Assembly: GCF_006345805.1 (NCBI RefSeq)
Contig: NC_043011.1
Span: forward strand, 15,822,464 to 15,886,463
DNA: 64,000 nt
Direction: 5' to 3'
Origin: Octopus sinensis
Lineage: Eukaryota
Part shown: positions 41,119-54,899 of the stretch, piece by piece
How positions within the stretch are numbered: position 1 is the first letter of the stretch
How the letters are laid out: each line of letters starts with the position of its first letter
Notes under the pieces: model-generated
Databases searched by the model: none
What the model was told of the DNA's origin: nothing
Seen by the model: the letters and a program-made list of their open reading frames with translations, nothing else
Position numbers and translations under genes: made by a program

Positions 41119-42748
41119 ATTTTTACATGGAAAAAAATATACTTACATGGAAACTGAACTGCACATGATATATAAATACATACATAGGAGTATATGTGTG
41201 TCCGTGTGTTTATAGTTATATCACATACACACACAAACTGAGATTCACGAAGTGAGTTGTAGAGCATACATATACACAGGATCATAATACTGTGTGCGAA
41301 TGCGTGTGCATGTCTCTGTGTGAAATTTATGTGTAATAATACAGTTTCGAGGTAAGAACGGAAGGAATAACTTGACAAATGAAATGTATAGTAAGAGAAA
41401 GAAAATTAATCTTACAAGGGTATTGTGGATTATCTCCTAATGTATAATATGTCATAGGCAGCTTGCAACATACGAACACAGAAAAGAGAAATAGGTAAAG
41501 AGAAAAAGGAAAACTGCGTAATGAAAACCGAAAACAACATAGGTACATTTTGGTAAAAATTCTGATGTGGTAAAATTATAATTTTAATTATGATCTCAGC
41601 CTTCGCTAAGGCAAATGTATTCAGTCGCGTTCAGTCTTCCGTAAACCAGTTATCGTTTTCTCTTTCTTCAAAACCCATAAAGGTATTTTCTTTCTTACTT
41701 GTTACTTCATATACTGTTTTACATTAGTAGCCGGAGCATAAAGACAATTTCGTTTACAGTTTTTAATACCGTATCTGGTGGTTTTTTACTTACTTTGGTA
41801 GGGAATACTCTCTCTCCTCGAGGGAGTACTTTAAAGTTAAATATATTTCTACTCGGAAAATTTCTGTAAGAGTACATTTCACCCATATAATCCTGACTAC
41901 CACTACTACAGCAATAGTAATCGTTGCGGTTGTGCCTGCTATTTACCATAGCCATTGTAAGGGGACAGTTTTCAGTCACTTAAGTCAGTAATATAGTTTA
42001 GCTGGCAGATACTATGGAATCTGTTGGAATGTCACTTGCTGCGAAACCAGATGGTGCTCTTATATCATTCACATTTTCGTGTTTGTTTGTAGAGTTGGGA
42101 AGAAGGTTAATTCTTCGATTTTTAAAAATAAAGTTACAGTTACTAACCTTCTCCTTATGTTCTACAAATGTTGCTTGTTGGCGTAGATGCTTCGCAGTAA
42201 AATGATATAATTCTAGGTGCATGTCGTCGCAAAATGATTTCAATCAATTCATTTAGCGAACAGCAGGGTTTTGTTTCAATTTTTTGTAGTTTGTAGCTGT
42301 GAAATAGATCATTATTCAATTCATAACTCCAAGAGAAATAAGTTTTGTAGTTATGGATTCATCTATACCTACAGCTACAAAGAATTTGTTTAACTTTTGA
42401 GTTATTGTTTTCGTTCTGTTCCTCGATTGTTGTTGATTCTGTCTCCAGCCATGCTGTTTATAATTATCCTCTGCATTCTAAATTCAAGCTTCAGCCGAAA
42501 ATCCTTACGATCATCAATAAAAGGGTCTCTCAGTCAATTTATGTGAGGATTAGACAGTTATTTAACAAGGATGATAGTTGTGGCTCCAAAGTTGGAGATA
42601 GTATTCATCGCATTTTCGGTAAATGGTCTCCCAGCCAAATACGCGACTTGTCTCTTCGTGTATTGTATGTATGTATGTATGTATGTATGTATGTATGTAT
42701 GTATGTATGTATGTATGTATGTATGTATGCGTGTATGTGTATGTATGC

Positions 42749-42779
<31 letters not shown>

Positions 42780-42847
42780 CTAAATAATTAGGGTTCAGCA
42801 ACGTTCTGCCTCACTACACACCGAATTAAGAAAAAGCAGAATTTAGA

Positions 42848-42892
<45 letters not shown>

Positions 42893-42909
42893 GTATATAT
42901 ATATATATG

Positions 42910-42979
<70 letters not shown>

Positions 42980-43090
42980 ATATATATATGTATATCTAGT
43001 ATATATATATATTATTTGAGGGAATAAAATCCAAACTTACGAGGAAAAAAATTCAATTTAGATATACTAAATCAAATTTCACACAATATA

Positions 43091-43389
43091 ATATATATAT
43101 AAAAAATTAGAAAAAAACCCACCTTTTTATCAATTCAAAATGAACAATTAAATTACACCATGTAGAAAATTACATATAATAGAAAAGCTAAAATTAAAAA
43201 AAACAATAAGATGTAAAGATTAAGTAATTGCCAAAATAATAATAAAAACGTATATAATAGGTAGAAAGACGACACGTGATACGCGGCTATATTTAACTTT
43301 TCTATTATATGTAATTTTCTAGATGGTGTAATTTAATTGTTCATTTTCAATTGATAAAAGGTGTTTTTTTCTAATTTTATATATATATA
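43091..43389. repeat. ~100-bp inverted repeat (PLE-terminus-like fragment) next to (TA)n
   Basis: 43091-43195 is the reverse complement of 43290-43389. Confidence 0.75.
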
Positions 43390-43461
43390 AGTTGTAGGAT
43401 ATTATTTTATAATTGTGTTATGTTATATTGTGTACATTTAGAAATGCAAACAGAAAAGAAA

Positions 43462-43750
43462 TCTTTATATATAAAAGTGAAGTTGTGTGCGTGTCTGTCT
43501 CCTACGATTTAGATTCCTAACTACTCCCACATTTTGCGGTGCAGTTTAACCAAAAGCGGGTATCTTATATTCGTGAATCATATCGAGCCCTTCTGAGTAT
43601 TAGCGCGCGTCTACGATGAGTCTACGGTTTAAAAAAAAAATTACCATCATTTTTTCAAATTTATAACTTTTTTTTTGCTATTATATAAGGGAAGTAACTT
43701 ATATAGTTATTTCCCTTACAAATCCGAGTAACGCCGGGCGATACTGCTAG
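43462..43750 (+). mobile_element. Non-autonomous Helitron (289 bp)
   Basis: A|TC 5' end, CTAG|T 3' end, and a GC-rich subterminal CCGAGTAACGCCGGG. Confidence 0.75.
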
Positions 43751-44525
43751 TAATCAATAAAAGAAGTATTAAGTCTATGATTAACATCTTATCTATTCTG
43801 GTTTTTCACATGTAGCATGATCACGCAGACTGTTTATACGGAAAGGTTCAGAATAGCTTCAGAAATAGGGCCATGCGCCAAACAGACAGTACGGACGTAC
43901 TTATGTATGTATGTGCGTATGTATATGCATATTTGTGTGTGTGAGCGGGTGTGTGTGAATGTGCGTGTGCCTTAGCGTATTCATATATGTACACATGTGT
44001 GTTTGTGTATTTACATATAATTCTATACAATTACTGAATTTCTGAGAGTTGGCGACTAATGCTACCGTTATTAGTAATTGTCATACGGCAGGTGCACGTT
44101 GAGAGAGACGAGGAGGAGTCGAGACTATCATTCATTGAAGAATACACATTCTATTCCTGGTATGAAATATGTAGCATTTGAAAGGCATATGTAATTGGTT
44201 GCTGAATCAATTATGGATTCGGCAGCTTCTTAAGATATGTGTAGCTAACGTTATATCGCAAGGTTCTGGACAAATTACTGCGTATATAGATGCGTATGTA
44301 GATGCGTATATTTCTGCAGGTGCCATATAATACAACTTTATACGGATTATGAATTTAACTTGAACGAAAATAAGCATGTCCAGTCATTGTGTTGTGCTGT
44401 ATTAATATAAGGTATCATTTTTTTTCTCTATACAGGAGCAATAAAAACTTATACACACATACACAGGGCGCGATGCATATCCTTAAATATGGATGAAAAA
44501 AACATATCTTCCTCACTCCGCTCTG

Positions 44526-44630
<105 letters not shown>

Positions 44631-44980
44631 GGCACCTGCAGAAATATACGCATCTACATACGCATCTATGTGTGTGCGTGCGTGCGTGTGTCTGTGTGTG
44701 GTGTGTGTGTGTGTGTGTGTGATCATGGAAAAGTTTTTTCAAAGCACGAAGTACTGCAAGAAGCAATGAAAACAGTAATCACATATAATATTTACAATTG
44801 GAGCATGTAGGGGTGAGTAACATACTGAAGCGTAGTAAACAAATACTTCACGCATAATACTTACATACATACATACATACACACATACATATATATATAT
44901 ATCTAATATAGGATAATTTTTTTTCGAAAATTTCATCAATGGCCAGCATATTAAAAAAATACCTTTAAAGATTAAATTTT

Positions 44981-45233
44981 TAAACAACTTATAAAAAAAG
45001 GCAAACGAAAAAAAAATTCTAATGCCAAATATGCCGAAATGGACGTAATCGTCAATAACCATATAATTTATCAACATAAGCACGTATTTCGAAAAAACAG
45101 ACAGACATTTCTAAAACAATCCGTTATTACAATATCGGAGCCGTTGCTTTCGTAAGTGATAAATTATATGGTTATTGTCGATTAAGACTATTTCGGCATT
45201 AGATTTGTTTTCTTTTGCCCTTGTTTATAAGTT

Positions 45234-45238
<5 letters not shown>
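44981..45238. repeat. ~85-bp imperfect inverted repeat between (TA)n tracts
   Basis: 44981-45072 versus 45157-45238 (TAAACAACTTATAAA..CTAATGCC..GCCGAAAT..CAATAACCATATAATTTATCA). Confidence 0.65.
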
Positions 45239-45320
<82 letters not shown>

Positions 45321-45445
45321 AGACTCCTGTCACAACCTAGGGCCTTGAAGACTGCTATAATGCAAGAAAGTATACTAGTCCCTTGATATTTTATATTCAA
45401 TATTTCATCTATTCAAGAAGACAATCAGTACTTCATTTCATTTTA

Positions 45446-45521
<76 letters not shown>

Positions 45522-45572
45522 CAATGTATAATACAGAATATATCATTATAAATAATATATATAGTATATATA

Positions 45573-45612
<40 letters not shown>

Positions 45613-45714
45613 TATATATACTATATATATTATTATAATAATATATTCTGTATTATACATTGATATTATATATATATATATACGTTTATGTATTCGTCCT
45701 GAAAGATTCTTCAT

Positions 45715-46098
45715 GTGAACAGGTTTGTTGAAACAGATATTGTTGTATTTGGGGATGGTCATGTTGTCAATTTAACCAATAAACCACAGGTACTGTATGT
45801 TTGGTGTTCATTTGTGTCAGCTCTATTTCATATTAATTTTATTTCGGCCATAGTTCTGTGGTCACACTTCTGTGACCTGATCAGTGTTCCTTTGCTTTCG
45901 TCTTTCTTTTTTGTGTCTCTGCTTCTTAACGTTCTGGTATTGAAAAGAAGGAAGACAGCAAATGACCACTGATGAGGTTACAGGTGTGTGGCGAAAGATT
46001 CTCGCCGAAATACAATTAATATTAAATAAAGCTGAAGCAAGTGAACACCAAATATATAGCTAAACTAGCAACATGGCCATCCCCAAATGCAATATATA
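45715..46098 (+). mobile_element. Second, diverged copy of the 26.05-26.5-kb inverted-ended element
   Basis: GTTGAAACAGATATTGTT..ATGGTCAT..CCAATAAA start. GACCA-CTGATGA-G-GTTAC..GTGGC-GAAA-GATTC-TC at 45964-46003. Confidence 0.7.
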
Positions 46099-46312
46099 TT
46101 CTTTATGCTTTTTTCCAGTGACAAACTGTCGCTGATCTCGAAAAAAGGAGAAATAAGGTATATTAAATCTCTGAGCGAGAGGTAAACAGTAACAGTACAA
46201 AATCGCTCCTAAGAGCCCATGGCCAAACTGTTTGGCCATGGGCTCTTAGGAGCCTAGTTCGATTTGTTTTGCTCCGCCTCTGTTCTGTTTTTGTTTTTTC
46301 CAACGGATTTCC

Positions 46313-46405
46313 TATTTCTTCCTGAAGAGAAAGACACAATATGGTCTCATTATTCAATCGGAATTTGGTAAATTGTGCCTTTCGAAACACGTGTAGAATG
46401 AAATA
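46313..46405 (+). ncRNA. Type-I hammerhead ribozyme, canonical core
   Basis: UAUUUCUUC-CUGAAGA-GAAAGACACAAU..AUUGUGCCUUUC-GAAA-CACGUG-UA^GAAUGAAAUA. Stem II 11/12 pairs, stem I 9 bp with one bulge, palindromic stem III ACACGUGU. Confidence 0.82.
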
Positions 46406-46476
46406 AAACGATTTCTGTTCAATCTTCGTTCAACTCCATTTCTTCAATTCACTCTATATATATATATATGTATATA

Positions 46477-46552
<76 letters not shown>

Positions 46553-46770
46553 GAATATAAACAAGAAGGGTAGTAATATTATTTACTACCAGGTGCCCAG
46601 CACAAAAGACGAATTAGTCATAAGACAAAAATATTATTCATATAGAAAAATATTATTCATGTAAGTTATACAATTAAGGGCTCCTGAATAAAGATGCCGA
46701 GTGCCGGGAACACAAAAAGGGGATGAATTTATCGAGAGTGAAAATCAAAAACGTTTACCGATAACTTTAA

Positions 46771-46848
46771 CAACTCGTACCGCGGTTTCTGCTTCTTTCT
46801 ATCAAAACACAGAATATGCTTGCTAAGGCCAGCTTCATCAGCGAGTCG
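46771..46848 (-). ncRNA. Variant type-I hammerhead (A.A at 10.1-11.1), twin 1
   Basis: CGACUCG-CUGAUGA-A-GCU..AGC-A-GAAA-CCGCGG-UA^CGAGUUG. Confidence 0.6.
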
Positions 46849-47107
46849 CCTAAATTTAATCGAGGTCTGCAGCGATGTGGGACTATGTGTTGATCCGACT
46901 ACTTTTGTGATGGGCACCTGGTAGTAAATAATATTACTACCCTTCTTGTTTATATTCGCATACTACATGATGAATTTATTCGTAAAATTCTTCCCGGCAT
47001 GCCCGTGTAAATTTTGCGTCTGCGCAGAGATTTGAAAAGTTAAGATCTGCTAGTAGTCGGATTCAACACATAGTCCCACATCGCTGCAGACCTCGATTAA
47101 ATTTAGG

Positions 47108-47185
47108 CGACTCGCTGATGAAGCTGGCCTTAGCAAGCATATTCTGTGTTTTGCTAGAAAGAAGCAGAAACCGCGGTACGAGTTG
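47108..47185 (+). ncRNA. Variant type-I hammerhead (A.A at 10.1-11.1), twin 2
   Basis: Same motif on the plus strand. 7-bp stem I, palindromic stem III ACCGCGGU, predicted cleavage after 47178. Confidence 0.62.
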
Positions 47186-47261
47186 TTAAAAAGTATCGGT
47201 AAACGTTTTTGATTTTCACTCTCGATAAATTCATCCCCTTTTTGTGTTCCCAGCACTCGGC

Positions 47262-47297
<36 letters not shown>

Positions 47298-47804
47298 GTA
47301 AAATGTCAATAAGAAGAATGGGTGTTCTGCTCATGTATTTATATATATGATAGTTTGCTTTATAGAAATACAAAGTAAAACTGCAAATTTGTTTTCTTTT
47401 ATTTTCCTGTACTTCTCGTAGATTACTTGAACCTCCTTTCGTTGTTCCGGACTCAAATAGCCTAGGTCATGTTTGTGGAAGAAGTGCAATGTGAACAGCA
47501 ACAACCACTTCATAAAACTACACCGGTTGTCCCCATTGCATTCCTGCATTGTTTCATTTGTTTGCAGATACAACGAATCCAACGACTAGAATTTTAAAAT
47601 ATGGGTAGATACTTTGATAAATGCCAGTAATGATCGTAAATTTGCTTCTGAAAGCATTTCCTCTCCGGACATATCAAGTGCACACCACATAACAGATCAT
47701 GGAACTATCGAGCTTACTACCTCTATAGTTTCATGATTCGTTAATAAGCAATAACATATAGTTGATTGATTCCTAATGTACTTTTCATGGATGCTGTAAC
47801 TCTC

Positions 47805-47815
47805 TCTCTCTATCA

Positions 47816-47894
<79 letters not shown>

Positions 47895-47895
47895 A
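47805..47895. repeat. (TATC)n microsatellite
   Basis: Direct reading. Confidence 0.95.
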
Positions 47896-48074
47896 AATCT
47901 ACCACGACGCCATTTGTATAATTTTGGCCACTCAGCTCAGGAAGAGCGCAGTCGGCCTGGCCACAGAAATATCGTAACAAATTTACAGATACAACAATGT
48001 TATCGTTGAGAATTGAACAAAAACTTACAGCTCAGAAACACAAGCCCTTCCTCTTTGAAATCCACGCGCAGAGT

Positions 48075-49282
<1,208 letters not shown>

Positions 49283-49466
49283 ATATTGAGTGAGAGAGCA
49301 GTGCATGCCGTCAAAGTGACACTGGGATAAAAACCCATGATGACTACTCGCCTGATAAGGGTACACTAGGCACATGCATCACAACCATATGTGCGTGTCG
49401 TGATGATCTCATATCAAGATAAACAGCACATGACATTTCAAATGGGGCCCAGTTAGAATTTTCTAA
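49283..49466 (-). mobile_element. 3' fragment of the 9871-10551 element
   Basis: Reverse complement of 10360-10551 (GAGTGAGAGAGCAG..CATCACAACCATATGTGCG..GGGGCCCAGTTAGAATTTTCT). Confidence 0.8.
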
Positions 49467-50038
49467 TATCGGGGCTATAAGCCCCCGATGTTAAACGTAG
49501 GGTTTTCGTATGCATGGGACACGAACCAAAAGCTCTTTATTTTCGTCTGTTACAATTATAATCAAGGGCATATAAAAATATTCTTGCCTATATGCTGAAT
49601 AGGTCTATAATTTTATTTGCTGGCCACTGATAAAATTCTTAACAATTTTATAATTTTTATTTTATAATTGAATTGATCCCTTTTCACTTCGAGACAGTCT
49701 AGCCATTTATGTTCTGTTCTTCACGGGTTACACAAGCGTCGAGGCTGCAATGGAATTCGATATGAATAAATTTGGGGTAGTATATGCATTCATGACACTG
49801 CAGCCACTTTTCCGTGGGTATGTGTAAGTATTTCATTTATTTCGTATGTCTTCTCTGCTGATGAAGGAAAAACCATTGGGTTAATCTTGAAATTGGCCAA
49901 TCTTATAAATTTCCGTGGGATTGCTCCATCGATTTCGACGCGTATGTAATAATAGTGATGATATTTAATGTGGTTCGAAGATTTCGTGTTTCCTTTCAGC
50001 ATATAGTCAAGAATAGATTATAATGGTATATATGATTT

Positions 50039-50079
<41 letters not shown>

Positions 50080-50189
50080 ATGTGTGTGTGTGTGAGAGAG
50101 AGAAAGAGGATATGTGTGTGTGCGCATGTAGAGGTGTGTTTGTGAGTACGTCTGTGTATGTGTGTGAAGGAAAAAAAGAAACCATAATG

Positions 50190-50640
50190 GCCTGGTCTTC
50201 AGCCGTCTAGATTACTGCTCCCAAGTGTGGTTAGCAAACATTGTAAAATTAACGAGGGAAATCGAAGCGATCCAGAGGAGCTATACAAAGAATATCCATA
50301 CAATGCGACATATCAGCTACTGGGAGGGACTGAAAGAGTTATGTCACTACGCCCTAGAACGAAGGTGAGAAATATATGCAGTGATATAAATCTGGAAAAT
50401 CCTTGAAAATCTCGTACTAATCTTCAGTATTGTCAGTTACACAAACAGCAGGACGGGACACCGAATCATGGCAAAAATCCCCAAATTGCCATCAGGCTGC
50501 AGGGCTAGATACTGTAACAGCTTGGGCTTCAAGATGCCACGGCTATTGAATATCCTCCCTCCAATCCCGAGAAACCTGCATCGCGCGGATGTAGGCGTTT
50601 TCAAAACGAAACTGGAAAGCTGAGGAGAGCAAAGTAAATG
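50190..50640 (+). mobile_element. Decayed CR1-clade LINE 3' fragment
   Basis: YCSQVW..EIEAIQRSYTKNI..ISYWEGLKEL..LERR*EIYAVI*IWKILENLV, the typical post-RT region of CR1-type ORF2. Confidence 0.75.
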
Positions 50641-51052
50641 GCTGTACCCCAGCATGGCCTTAGTGTTCGGACTGAAACTATATATATATATGAGGACCTA
50701 CAGATAAATTATGTAAGTAGAATTACGTAATTTGTTGATAGTGAAACAATTGTATATGACTAATCAAAATTTTTGTTACTTTTCATTTGTCTTGCTCGCT
50801 TACGTTTCTGGTGTGCTAAATGTTTTTCTGGAGAACAATTCTTAGTGGTTAAGATCATAGCCGATCTTCTTCTAGCCTAAGGGTATCCACATAGTGGTTA
50901 TAAAAATATTCCCGCTTATATTTATGTATGAAATACTATTTACTGAATTTCATTTTTTTTTTATATGCTAGACCACTGGTGTTAAAATTGATGTTATCAA
51001 ATTAATATCCAATTTTTCAGCCGCATTTTGATTTTAATTTCATATATATATA

Positions 51053-51125
<73 letters not shown>

Positions 51126-51128
51126 TGC

Positions 51129-51168
<40 letters not shown>

Positions 51169-51249
51169 ATATATATATATATATATAATATATATATAAT
51201 ATATATACACACTTATATATATATATAAATAAATAAATAGATAAATAAA

Positions 51250-51285
<36 letters not shown>

Positions 51286-51505
51286 TATATATGAAACGTA
51301 TGTGTGTATGTATGAGCGAATGAATGTATAGATATGTATAAGGATACAGGATACATAGAGATAATAGTAGGGAATCAAAGTGATTATGTTTCATGCGTAC
51401 ACTTTCATATTAAGTTTTCTTTCGCATATTTCGACGTAAATTCCTTACATCAATCTATCTATGCTTGTATTTCTTCCTGTCGCTCACACACAGACACACG
51501 CCCAT

Positions 51506-51557
<52 letters not shown>

Positions 51558-52540
51558 CGTATATATAATTCGTATATATAATATATAAATTCATATACTA
51601 GCCCATACGCAAATGCACACACATATACATATATACACACATGTGAATGTGTGCACGTTGTTGCTATAACAAATACATATAGTAAGATTAAGATTATCAC
51701 TTAAAACCATATCGACATATCTAAATATCAATCAAACATCCGCAGTTGTACTAATGGAAATTTCTCACGAACATGGTATCGATCATAAGTGTTGAAGAGA
51801 TGGAATCTGTATAGAAGCAATGATTGACGCTTTCATTTTCGTTTTGGCATTCATCTTTCTTTGCAGCATGTAGTAATCTTATCAACACTATAGACAATTT
51901 TTCCGTTTATTCCAAGGAAGCGTTCTGACTTCATAAAGTTTAAAGAAAAGGTAGCGAAAACAAGTTTATATTGAGAGTTTAAGGATGTAATCTTTTCGAA
52001 ATATGAACGCTGGATTTGCCTACACAGCGTCACGTTTTTACACGTTGCAGGTTGTTAAAGTAAGGTTTTAATGCCTCGTATTTTCTCTCCTTTACATGAA
52101 ACTAGTAATTCGTCGAATAGGCCAGAGATTCGAATAAACAATATAATCCTCACCGATCTGTATCTCTTGCCCTCAAAATGTGTCGCTTTTTGGAGATATT
52201 TTCCTACACACACTTCCATTTATGTCATTATTGTAGGTCTGTGCTCATATGTGCGTATATGCAGTGACCGTCTAATTGAGATACATGTTCGTCTTTTCTC
52301 TCCATTTTTCTATCTTCATATATTCTGCCTGTAGAAGAACGTATACACAAAACGAGAAAGACTTTGCCTTCTATCTTTTCTGAGTGAATACAAACATTCA
52401 GTTCTTTCAACCCCTTCTTCGTGTTTTCTTTGTTTTCCTCTTTTGTAGCATGTGAGTGTAAGCGTGTGTGCATGTCCTCGTCTGTGTGTGCATGCTTCTG
52501 TATATACATACACAAACCCGTATATAAATATATAAGTAAA

Positions 52541-52573
<33 letters not shown>

Positions 52574-52579
52574 TATATA

Positions 52580-52627
<48 letters not shown>

Positions 52628-52632
<5 letters not shown>

Positions 52633-52858
52633 TTAGTGCCCACAAGAGGCTAAACATAGAGAGGACAAACAAGGACAGACAAACGGATTAAGTCGATTAC
52701 ATCGATCCCAGTGCGAAATTGGTACTTTATTTATCGACCCCGAAAGAATGAAAGGCAAATTCGACCTCGACGGAATTTGAACACAGAACGTAACGCCAGA
52801 CGAAATACCGCTCAGCATTTAGCCCGGCGCGCTAACGTGTCTGCCAGCTCGCCACCTT
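52628..52858 (-). mobile_element. SINE family C
   Basis: Reverse complement of the family C consensus. Confidence 0.9.
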
Positions 52859-53999
52859 CAAATATATATATATATATGTATATTTATACGTGCGCGCGCA
52901 CACACACACACACACACAGGCGCGTAAATACATATTATCCATATACATATACATATATCCACGTACGTACTCATACACTCATAAATAATAGAATCTTGTA
53001 TATGATAGATAACTTATTTTATGAAATCAGAGTATATTCAGACACAACTCATGAATTCTTTACAATCGGAGTGAATTTGCAATCGATTCTCAAATTAAGT
53101 GTACGAAATTCATAGCTGAGGCCCTTCAACTAGAGACTCTTTCTTAAAACCTAACAACAAAACAAATGAAATATTAAAACCATCCTACTCATGTGCAGTG
53201 TTTGCGATCTTTTTAGTCCTTGGAATTGTAAGCACTTCTCCACCAGCTGCGATAGCTAATAGCAGCTTTACGGCTACTAATAGGCATTAGTCACATGTCT
53301 AACACACAATATGCAATCTAAAATTACGCATGTAAAATCAGAGAGAGACATAACATTGAGAACTGCAAGAAAAGTTACACAGAATGGTTGAAAATCTTTT
53401 CAATGACAGGTAATCAACCTTCTTCGGAAACAAGGTTAAGAAATTGTTATCAGCATTGTACAACTAGTCTTCGTTATTAAGAACGAAACGCAAAATGGGC
53501 GGTCCTACGTCATTGAAAATTGTTTCACGTTGACTTTGGACCCTCTTTAGCTCTCTGTAACCGATAAACGTGGTGTGTTGAGAATTTGTTTCCAATTGCT
53601 TACAATTACCTGTAAATTATTCATTGTGCGTGATTTTGAATTGTAGTTGAATTAAGATGAGTTGAAAAGGGTACAGCAAGGTTTTGGCAGTCTTATTATA
53701 TACAAAATTTATACTATTTTAATCAAGCATGTGTGTCGAATCGGTGATGTTCTCGATCAAATTCTCTGACAGTTTATGCTGAAAACGCTGATAGTGAATA
53801 TAATAAGTTAATCTAACTACAACTAATTGCTTAGTAAAGAATACGGTGAATTTCTTTCGAATTTATTAAAACCAGGTAAAGGCTAAAGAGGTGAATGGTT
53901 ATAAATAGGAGAATGTATAAATATATGAGTATGATTTTGATTCATAAGTAGAGTATCATAGATAGGTACACGTTTACGAAAATAAAAAGTGCGAGTGTA

Positions 54000-54165
<166 letters not shown>

Positions 54166-54899
54166 GATGTATGTACAATAGCGTTGAATAAATCCATATG
54201 CATGTATATATGTATATAGGTGTATATGCATAAGGTAACGACAACCGATAAGGTAACGTCTGTTGTAGTGATAACATATATATATATAAAATAAAGTCTA
54301 TATGGGAGTAGATTTTGGGTCAAGGAAATGAACATATGTCACTGGGTTTACTTTGAAGTGGAACGGAAAAATACATAGGCGGGAGATAATTGTTGAAGTC
54401 TATCCTTTTCTGACAATCTTACCTTTAAATGTTCTTTTTATTTTCCTAAATTTTCAGACAAGCCTATGGTTAAAGATCCAATAAATATGCGTTTTCTTTA
54501 ATTTTTGTTTTGTACTTCCCTTAGTATATTTTTGTTGATATTTCTCATTTGTATCTCTTTGTATTTATTTGTTCCTGTTTGTCAGAGGAATTCTAAAAAT
54601 AGCATTTTGGTAAGCACATAAAGTATGGAGAAACTAAAGATGATATAACAGTGCTTTGACTGTGGTCACCAGAGTATGCGCATGCAGGCAACTGTTGTTG
54701 ACTCATATTAATACAATATCGCGCATAATATTTATAAAGTTCAGTAAAGTTCAGAAATTAAATACTTGAGAGTGAATTGTTGGAATAACTGTAGTGATAT
54801 GTAATAAAAGATGTTCATTCCGTACGGATATATGCAGATTTAAACATGTATATCCAATGATAGAAGTTCTTGTGTATAACAATAGCTGGCGGTTAAAAA

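Larger units (their letters stand above)
46552..47263. mobile_element. Composite element with two interlocked inverted repeats (57 bp and ~210 bp), flanked by (TA)n
   Basis: A 46552-46608 / A' 46902-46958; B 46694-46903 / B' 47052-47263. Confidence 0.85.
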
